Of a DNA stretch of 6,599 nucleotides, positions 1-6,599 are shown piece by piece. The notes under the pieces were generated by a model. That model was not told the origin of the DNA. It saw only the letters and a program-made list of their open reading frames with translations, and made no database searches. The stretch is taken from IMG/VR virus record IMGVR_UViG_2859827302_000009; one strand, written 5' to 3'. Position 1 is the first letter of the stretch. Every line of letters starts with the position of its first letter. This DNA is from a virus (lineage: Duplodnaviria; Heunggongvirae; Uroviricota; Caudoviricetes). The position numbers were made by a program, and so were the translations under genes.

Positions 1-921
1 TCATGCTTTCCCCCAATCTTTACGTGGATCAAAAGACGACTGGGCGTCTGCCAGTTGCTGCCACAGCGCGGCAGTGTTTTCATCCGGTTTCGGCGGCATC
101 ACGATTTTCAGTACCGCATACAGATCGCCGGTCTGTTTTTTGCTCACCAGACCTTTGCCTTTAACGCGCAATCGTTGCCCGGCCTGGCTGCCTGGCGGGA
201 TAGTCAGCAAAATGCTTTCTTTCAGTGTTGGAACGGTGACTTTAGCACCCAGCGCCGCTTCCCACGGGCTAACCGGCACCACAATTTCCAGATCCTGGCC
301 GACAATATCGAACAGCGGATGTGGCGCAATATGAATCACCAGCCACAAATCGCCATTTGGACCACCGTTTTCGCCCGGCGTCCCCTGGCCTTTCAGACGG
401 ATGCGTTGACCATTGCCGACGCCCGCCGGGATCTTCACATTCAGCGTTTTCGGGATTTCCTGTTCGATCATGCCAAAGGCGTTATAAACCGGCAGGTTAT
501 AGCTGATGGTACGCTTATGCTCAGTCAGCGTTTCTTCGAGGAATACCGCCACTTCGATTTCAATATCGTGGCCGCGTGCGGCGGGGCGTTGACGGCTCTG
601 GCGGGCATGCTGACCGAAAATTGACGAGAAGATATCGTCAAAATCTTCGGCATTAAAACTCTGACCGTCGCCATGATGGAACTGACGGTTAAATTGCGGA
701 TCGTTGCGATGTTGCCACATCTGATCATACTCAGCGCGACGTTGTTCATCACTTAACACTTCCCAGGCTTCAGCGACCTCTTTGAAGCGGGCTTCGGCAT
801 CCGGTTCTTTGCTGACATCAGGATGGTATTTACGGGCCAGTCGACGATAGGCGGTCTTGATTGTCTTGAGATCGTCCGTCGGTTTCACGCCCATGATGGC
901 GTAATAATCCTTTAATTCCAT
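1..921 (-). CDS. cbpA: Curved DNA-binding protein CbpA (DnaJ-like co-chaperone), complete 306 aa; stop at 1..3, ATG at 919..921
   Basis: Full-length ORF whose translation ([53 protein letters not shown]...) matches my recollection of E. coli CbpA, with a J-domain HPD motif near the N-terminus. GC-rich, typical of core E. coli coding sequence. Confidence 0.95.
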
Positions 922-1100
922 AGCGTTATCTCGCGTAAATCAACACAAATTGAAGGAACCCCTGTAAGGTAACTCCTATAAGTGTAGGGTAATCCTCAAA
1001 ATTTCATATGCCAACACAGAATATGTTATTGAAATCATCGTGGAGAGGAGGTCGCCATCAATATGGGTTGCTGAACATATTTTAAACAGGTGAAAAAGGG
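922..1100 (-). promoter_or_regulatory. cbpA upstream regulatory region; candidate stationary-phase-type -10 element CTACACT on the minus strand at 981..987
   Basis: Sits directly upstream of the cbpA ATG. The hexamer-like CTACACT resembles the sigma-S -10 consensus CTATACT. cbpA is known to be stationary-phase induced. The exact transcription start cannot be determined from sequence. Confidence 0.35.
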
Positions 1101-1307
1101 TGAGCGATTTTTGATAGTTGAACTAGGCACTTTAAGTTTAACTAGGGCGTCATTATTTATTAAATTTTATAGACGCTATATATGGGTAGTAATATACATG
1201 GAATTAGTTGCACTGCAAATAATTATTTGAAATAGGCCTGGAACGATATAAAAAATGAGTACGAAAAAAATCAAACATATTCAATCACGCTTTTTGAAAA
1301 CACACTG

Positions 1308-1472
1308 GTGTGTTTTATGCGGTTATACAATGAACTCAGACGTAAAGTAAATGAAGAGGATACTCCATGTCTGGAATGTGAATCACTAGAAAAAGAATTT
1401 GAGGAAATGCAGAATGATAATGATCTATCATTATTTATGAGAACATTGCGTACTAATGATACACAAATTTAT
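1308..1472 (+). pseudogene. 5' fragment of an unidentified ORF (55 codons from GTG 1308, 52 from ATG 1317), cut off exactly at the IS1 end
   Basis: ORF-track frame reads MCFMRLYNELRRKVNEEDTPCLECESLEKEFEEMQNDNDLSLFMRTLRTNDTQIY and then continues into IS1 terminal sequence. AT-rich with a weak ribosome-binding site. It occupies the position of the gene between cbpA and agp (yccE in K-12), but I cannot confirm identity from memory. Confidence 0.3.
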
Positions 1473-1487
1473 GGTAATGACTCCAAC

Positions 1488-1865
1488 TTATTGATAGTGT
1501 TTTATGTTCAGATAATGCCCGATGACCTTGTCATGCAGCTCCACCGATTTTGAGAACGACAGCGACTTCCGTCCCAGCCGTGCCAGGTGCTGCCTCAGAT
1601 TCAGGTTATGCCGCTCAATTCGCTGCGTATATCGCTTGCTGATTACGTGCAGCTTTCCCTTCAGGCGGGATTCATACAGTGGCCAGCCATCCGTCATCCA
1701 TATCACCACGTCAAAGGGTGACAGCAAGCTCATAAGACGCCCCAGCGTCGCCATAGTGCGTTCACCGAATACGTGCGCAACAACCGTCTTCCGGAGCCTG
1801 TCATACGCGTAAAACAGCCAGCGCTGGCGCGATTTAGCCCCGACGTATCCCCACTGTTCGTCCAT
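1488..1865 (-). CDS. insB: IS1 InsB frame (expressed as the InsAB' fusion by -1 frameshift); ORF shown from first Met
   Basis: Translation [44 protein letters not shown]... matches IS1 InsB. The frame continues upstream to the frameshift site. Confidence 0.85.
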   Translation of the reverse strand: MDEQWGYVGAKSRQRWLFYAYDRLRKTVVAHVFGERTMATLGRLMSLLSPFDVVIWMTDGWPLYESRLKGKLHVISKRYTQRIERHNLNLRQHLARLGRKSLSFSKSVELHDKVIGHYLNIKHYQ

Positions 1866-1909
1866 TTCCGCGCAGACGATGACGTCACTGCCCGGCTGTA
1901 TGCGCGAGG

Positions 1910-2185
1910 TTACCGACTGCGGCCTGAGTTTTTTAAGTGACGTAAAATCGTGTTGAGGCTAACGCCCATAATGCGTGCAGTTGCCCGGCATCCAACGCCA
2001 TTCATGGCCATATCAATAATTTTCTGGTGCGTACCGGGTTGAGAAGCGGTGTAAGTGAACTGCAGTTGCCATGTTTTACGGCAGTGAGAGCAGAGATAGC
2101 GCTGATGTCCGGCAGTGCTTTTGCCGTTACGCACCACCCCGTCAGTAGCTGAACAGGAGGGACAGCTGATAGAAACAGAAGCCAC
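1910..2185 (-). CDS. insA: IS1 InsA (transposition inhibitor / N-terminal part of the InsAB' transposase), 91 aa, GTG start
   Basis: Translation [39 protein letters not shown]... is the canonical IS1 InsA with its zinc-finger CxxC...CxxC motif. The A6C -1 frameshift heptamer (reverse complement of gtttttt) lies at 1928..1934. Confidence 0.9.
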   Translation of the reverse strand: MASVSISCPSCSATDGVVRNGKSTAGHQRYLCSHCRKTWQLQFTYTASQPGTHQKIIDMAMNGVGCRATARIMGVSLNTILRHLKNSGRSR

Positions 2186-2240
2186 TGGAGCACCTCAAAA
2201 ACACCATCATACACTAAATCAGTAAGTTGGCAGCATCACC

Positions 2241-2357
2241 AACACTGGCAATCATTATGATGTTTACCTCCCTCCTGAACTTTTTGCTCAGGCTTATAAG
2301 TTAAAAAATAAGGAAATGAATGCGCAACTCGACTATTTAAATCGTTATGCAATTTAA
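2241..2357 (+). pseudogene. Possible 3' fragment (38 codons to TAA at 2355..2357) of the same disrupted gene as 1308..1472
   Basis: A stop-free frame starts exactly at the IS1 boundary and reads NTGNHYDVYLPPELFAQAYKLKNKEMNAQLDYLNRYAI*. It is on the same strand as the 5' fragment. An open frame of this length can arise by chance in AT-rich DNA, so this is weak. Confidence 0.15.
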
Positions 2358-2649
2358 TGGCAAAGGCATATGCTAAAAACCATTGTTATTAGTCTCACAC
2401 TTTTTTATTGGTAAATATTGTCTCTGTATTGGTAACGCCGCAGATATTCTGTTTAGCCACAGGTGCAATTATCAGCGGCGTACGCGAGGCAGGGGCTAAT
2501 CAGGCATAGTTTGCGTCAAACCTTGCCTGTTTTTGAAGATGTATATAGAAAAACAGGCGTTCAACAAGCCATTTTGCGAACCTGTTCCCGGAAAAAAGTC
2601 ATATTTCTGTCACACTCTTTAGTGATTGATAACAAAAGAGGTGCCAGGA

Positions 2650-2760
2650 ATGAACAAAACGCTAATCGCCGCAGCTGTGGCAGGGATAGTTTTACTCGCT
2701 TCAAACGCTCAGGCACAAACCGTACCGGAAGGCTATCAGCTACAGCAAGTGCTCATGATG
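2650..2760 (+). pseudogene. agp: agp (periplasmic glucose-1-phosphatase) 5' fragment: codons 1..37 only, interrupted by IS911
   Basis: [37 protein letters not shown] matches my recollection of the Agp signal peptide and N-terminus. A Shine-Dalgarno-like aggaa precedes the ATG at 2650. The frame then runs into the IS911 terminal repeat and stops 23 codons later at 2832. The junction is ambiguous within 2759..2762 because of tga microhomology. Confidence 0.8.
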
Positions 2761-2766
2761 AAGTGG

Positions 2767-3935
<1,169 letters not shown>

Positions 3936-4007
3936 TGGAGCACCTGTGTTGTTCTGAGGTGAGCATATCACCTCTGTTCAGGTGGCCAAATTCAGTGTGC
4001 CACTTCA

Positions 4008-4184
4008 AAGCAGCCAGATTTCTGGTGCGGTTAATAAATGAGGCTGAGCTGGGTTCAGCTTGTTCCGCAGAATCTGCACATTCATGCCTGCACGTTCTGC
4101 CAGTTGCACCAGATTGTGGCGCAGTGCAAATGCACGACAGGCTTCATCAAAATATGGATGTTTGGAAACTTGGTAATCAAACAT
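4008..4184 (-). pseudogene. Phage CII-like regulatory protein (186 CII family), N-terminal 59 codons; truncated by IS911, whose terminal TGA supplies the stop
   Basis: [59 protein letters not shown] resembles the N-terminus of coliphage 186 CII as I recall it. The likely true start is ATG 4184 (the ORF track begins at TTG 4190). An agagg Shine-Dalgarno lies upstream. Confidence 0.6.
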
Positions 4185-4216
4185 GGTCAATGCCTCTGAT
4201 GTATTTCAGAATCGAA

Positions 4217-4438
4217 CTAATTAAGGTTTAGATTGCATTCTGAAAGCGCATCAACGGTCATTGCTGCTATGTTGATCATCACTTTTTCGCGTTTTTTATC
4301 TTTGCGCAGACGGTGACGGATAAGGCGTCCATCAGCCAACATGTCATTGATGGTATCGATGGATAGCCCTGTCAGCTCGCTATAGCGTTCAATAGTCACA
4401 TGAGGCGTGGTAAGAGTGATTGAAATGTTAGGTCTCAT
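4217..4438 (-). CDS. Small HTH protein in the Apl/Cox position of a P2/186-type switch (putative excisionase / lytic-promoter regulator), 73 aa
   Basis: It is the first gene of the transcript divergent from the cI-like gene and sits directly upstream of the CII-like gene. The motif [27 protein letters not shown] resembles the Cox-type HTH. ATG at 4438 is preceded by a GAGGA-like Shine-Dalgarno. Confidence 0.5.
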   Translation of the reverse strand: MRPNISITLTTPHVTIERYSELTGLSIDTINDMLADGRLIRHRLRKDKKREKVMINIAAMTVDALSECNLNLN

Positions 4439-4563
4439 GATGCAACATTCCTCGTTTAATGATGATTAATCAGGACGAATACGGATCGTTTGTATTTTGT
4501 GAACACCATAAGCATACGATCGCACAGTGAAATCATCAAGATAAAAGTTCACTTGGAGTGACC
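4439..4563. promoter_or_regulatory. Divergent promoter/operator region of the immunity switch (between the Apl/Cox-like and CI-like genes)
   Basis: A 125-bp AT-rich gap between divergently oriented genes. Contains a perfect 10-bp palindrome TGATTAATCA (4463..4472), an ACGATCG-type palindromic core near 4516..4522, and GTGAA(C/A) motifs at 4499..4504 and 4527..4532 with an inverted copy at 4547..4553. Confidence 0.4.
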
Positions 4564-5133
4564 ATGAATTTGGAGAAAGGCGGACGAGGCGCCATAGAGC
4601 GCATGGTAGAAGCTTATGGATTCAAGACTCGACAGGCGTTGTGCGATCATTTAGGAATCTCTAAAAGTACACTCGCCACACGCTACATGCGTGACTCATT
4701 CCCAGCAGAATGGGTAATCCAGTGCGCCCTTGAAACGGGCACCTCGCTTAATTGGCTCACAACCGGACATGGTTCAAAGCAAACTTCAGGTAATACAAAT
4801 ACTATGGAAGTTGCTAAATATGTATTATCTGATGGTGCCTTGCGTGAAGACGGTTTTTATATTTTTGATAAGGGATTTCTACCCTCTACGTTTAAAAAAC
4901 CTTTTGTCATCACAGATAACAATTCTGAATTTATTTGTGATAAAGAATTTGATGACATACGTGATGGTAAATGGGTAATAAGTATTGATGGCGAAGTAAC
5001 GATCCGTGACATTACTCGTTTACCCGGTGGAAGAATCTTCGTCGAGGGTGGAAACAGAGCCTTCGACTGTAAGATAGAAGACATTGAAATAATTGGTAAA
5101 ATTATAAGTTTAACAGTTAAATATGTTAGATGA
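4564..5133 (+). CDS. Phage CI-type repressor (coliphage 186 CI family: N-terminal CI HTH domain plus C-terminal oligomerisation domain), 189 aa from ATG 4564
   Basis: ggag Shine-Dalgarno 5 nt before ATG 4564 (the ORF track starts at GTG 4558). N-terminal IERMVEAYGFKTRQALCDHLGISKSTLATRYMR...CALETGTSLNWLTTG and C-terminal ITRLPGGRIFVEGGNRAFDCKIEDIEIIG resemble 186 CI as I remember it. Length and position (divergent from apl/cII, same strand as int) fit. Confidence 0.7.
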   Translation: MNLEKGGRGAIERMVEAYGFKTRQALCDHLGISKSTLATRYMRDSFPAEWVIQCALETGTSLNWLTTGHGSKQTSGNTNTMEVAKYVLSDGALREDGFYIFDKGFLPSTFKKPFVITDNNSEFICDKEFDDIRDGKWVISIDGEVTIRDITRLPGGRIFVEGGNRAFDCKIEDIEIIGKIISLTVKYVR

Positions 5134-5148
5134 TACCGGGAGGAAACT

Positions 5149-5352
5149 ATGCTTGGTAAAGTATTTTTTGTGGTTTTATCATGCTCTTTATCATGCTCTT
5201 TGTTATTAAGCCCACTAACTACCTATGCTAAAAATTATCCTTGTTCTGGGAAAAAGGGAGGTGTCTCTCACTGTACCTCCGATGGAAAATTTGTTTGCAA
5301 TGATGGAACTATTAGTAAATCCAAAAAAATCTGTACTAAAAACTCACGATAA
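5149..5352 (+). CDS. Small secreted cysteine-rich basic peptide, 67 aa precursor (predicted Sec signal peptide, mature form about 41 aa with 4 Cys); function unknown
   Basis: Strong Shine-Dalgarno ggagg 7 to 8 nt before ATG 5149, which lies 15 bp after the cI-like stop. The N-terminus [27 protein letters not shown] has the charged, hydrophobic and A-x-A-like cleavage parts of a signal peptide. Mature part is [41 protein letters not shown] do not recognise a homolog. Confidence 0.5.
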   Translation: MLGKVFFVVLSCSLSCSLLLSPLTTYAKNYPCSGKKGGVSHCTSDGKFVCNDGTISKSKKICTKNSR

Positions 5353-5528
5353 CTTTTGCTTTTATATCTGCGTCTAAAATAAAAATGAGCCGCAGGTTAA
5401 CCGCAAAAGTTACATGCTCACATAGCAAAAAGAATAGCCAACTTCATTATGGCTTCAGTGAGATGTATGGTCGGGTGATGCTGCCAACTTACTGATTTAG
5501 TGTATGATGGTGTTTTTGAGGTGCTCCA

Positions 5529-5804
5529 GTGGCTTCTGTTTCTATCAGCTGTCCCTCCTGTTCAGCTACTGACGGGGTGGTGCGTAACGGCAAAAGCACT
5601 GCCGGACATCAGCGCTATCTCTGCTCTCACTGCCGTAAAACATGGCAACTGCAGTTCACTTACACCGCTTCTCAACCCGGTACGCACCAGAAAATTATTG
5701 ATATGGCCATGAATGGCGTTGGATGCCGGGCAACTGCACGCATTATGGGCGTTAGCCTCAACACGATTTTACGTCACTTAAAAAACTCAGGCCGCAGTCG
5801 GTAA
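5529..5804 (+). CDS. insA: IS1 InsA, 91 aa, GTG start
   Basis: Protein identical to the copy 1 InsA. The A6C frameshift heptamer A AAA AAC lies at 5780..5786. Confidence 0.9.
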   Translation: MASVSISCPSCSATDGVVRNGKSTAGHQRYLCSHCRKTWQLQFTYTASQPGTHQKIIDMAMNGVGCRATARIMGVSLNTILRHLKNSGRSR

Positions 5805-5848
5805 CCTCGCGCATACAGCCGGGCAGTGACGTCATCGTCTGCGCGGAA

Positions 5849-6226
5849 ATGGACGAACAGTGGGGATACGTCGGGGCTAAATCGCGCCAGCGCTGGCTGT
5901 TTTACGCGTATGACAGGCTCCGGAAGACGGTTGTTGCGCACGTATTCGGTGAACGCACTATGGCGACGCTGGGGCGTCTTATGAGCTTGCTGTCACCCTT
6001 TGACGTGGTGATATGGATGACGGATGGCTGGCCACTGTATGAATCCCGCCTGAAGGGAAAGCTGCACGTAATCAGCAAGCGATATACGCAGCGAATTGAG
6101 CGGCATAACCTGAATCTGAGGCAGCACCTGGCACGGCTGGGACGGAAGTCGCTGTCGTTCTCAAAATCGGTGGAGCTGCATGACAAAGTCATCGGGCATT
6201 ATCTGAACATAAAACACTATCAATAA
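5849..6226 (+). CDS. insB: IS1 InsB frame (InsAB' transposase by -1 frameshift); ORF shown from first Met
   Basis: Protein identical to the copy 1 InsB ORF. Confidence 0.85.
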   Translation: MDEQWGYVGAKSRQRWLFYAYDRLRKTVVAHVFGERTMATLGRLMSLLSPFDVVIWMTDGWPLYESRLKGKLHVISKRYTQRIERHNLNLRQHLARLGRKSLSFSKSVELHDKVIGHYLNIKHYQ

Positions 6227-6241
6227 GTTGGAGTCATTACC

Positions 6242-6599
6242 GAAAAACAGAAGCATCCCTATCAGTAAAGAGCTTTACGAAGAGATCATGGCGCTTGATG
6301 GGTTCAATTTCTTCACAGACTGCTATTTTCAATTTTTATCCGTGATGGAAAAAACGTCTATCGTGCTCCCTCGCGGTCAACTCACACACGTTCTGCGCCA
6401 TACGTTTGCGGCGCACTTCATGATGTCGGGTGGAAACATTCTGGCCTTACAAAAAATTCTCGGACACCACGATATAAAAATGACTATGCGTTACGCACAT
6501 CTGGCACCGGATCATCTGGAAACGGCGCTCCGTTTCAATCCTCTGGCAACGCTGCCAAGTGGCGACAAAGTGGCGGCAGCGGTTGGCATTACCCCGTAA
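6242..6599 (+). pseudogene. int: Tyrosine recombinase / phage integrase (P2 Int family), C-terminal fragment of about 118 codons; 5' two-thirds missing at the IS1 junction
   Basis: LTHVLRHTFAAHFMMSGGNILALQKILGHHDIKMTMRYAHLAPDHLETALRFNPL matches the catalytic C-terminus of P2-type integrases (conserved Arg/His box and the Tyr in RYAH). The frame is open from the IS1 end and stops with TAA at 6597..6599. No integrase N-terminus is present upstream of IS1. Confidence 0.8.

Larger units (their letters stand above)
1473..2240 (-). mobile_element. IS1 insertion sequence, 768 bp, copy 1 (transposase genes on the minus strand)
   Basis: Terminal sequences match IS1 ends: GGTAATGACTCCAACTTATTGATAGTG at 1473 and the reverse complement of GGTGATGCTGCCAACTTACTGAT ending at 2240. 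Contains insA and insB. Flanking 9-mers differ (caaatttat vs aacactggc), so there is no target-site duplication. Confidence 0.95.
5474..6241 (+). mobile_element. IS1 insertion sequence, 768 bp, copy 2 (plus orientation, inverted relative to copy 1)
   Basis: Starts GGTGATGCTGCCAACTTACTGATTTAG at 5474 and ends ...CAATAAGTTGGAGTCATTACC at 6241. InsA and InsB proteins are identical to copy 1. Flanking 9-mers differ (gtatggtcg vs gaaaaacag), so there is no target-site duplication. Confidence 0.95.

Noticed and set aside
55-752. ORFs 55..624 (+), 74..334 (+), 321..506 (+) and 525..752 (-) overlapping cbpA
   Set aside because: They lie antisense to or out of frame with a confidently identified cbpA in GC-rich DNA and have low-complexity Arg/Pro-rich translations. 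Most likely shadow ORFs.
1522-2214. ORFs 1522..1812 (+) and 2002..2214 (-) inside IS1 copy 1, and their mirror images 5902..6192 (-) and 5500..5712 (+) in copy 2
   Set aside because: These are alternative-frame or antisense ORFs within IS1 overlapping insA and insB. They are not recognised IS1 genes.
4730-5084. ORFs 4730..4978 (+) and 4857..5084 (-) inside the cI-like gene
   Set aside because: These are alternate-frame ORFs in AT-rich DNA fully contained in the much better supported repressor frame.
5353-5473. Rho-independent terminator or integrase start between the small ORF and IS1
   Set aside because: Only an 8-bp palindrome GGTTAACC is present, with no GC-rich stem followed by a T-run. 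The short ATG frame at 5385 (MSRRLTAKVT...) does not resemble a P2-type integrase N-terminus and simply reads into IS1.

Overview
This window is an IS-scarred chromosomal locus, not an intact system. It runs from a complete cbpA gene (minus strand, 1..921) through the 5' end of agp, the arrangement known from E. coli K-12 (cbpA - yccE - agp), so the host is E. coli or Shigella-like. Three insertion sequences break it up: two IS1 copies in inverted orientation (1473..2240 and 5474..6241, identical in InsA and InsB protein sequence) and one IS911-like IS3-family element (2759..4007). None of the three has a target-site duplication, and each sits at a gene truncation, so they mark deletion or rearrangement breakpoints rather than simple insertions. 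Between IS911 and the second IS1 lies a 1.47 kb AT-rich remnant of a P2/186-type prophage immunity region: a truncated CII-like gene, a small Cox/Apl-like HTH gene, a divergent promoter region, an apparently intact 186-CI-type repressor, and an unassigned 67-aa secreted cysteine-rich peptide gene. A C-terminal fragment of a P2-family integrase follows the second IS1. The two items most worth follow-up are the orphan repressor, which may still confer immunity, and the small secreted peptide, which may be a lysogenic-conversion or exclusion factor. I see no CRISPR array, tRNA or rRNA. All family assignments come from reading the translations against remembered sequences; no database search was run.
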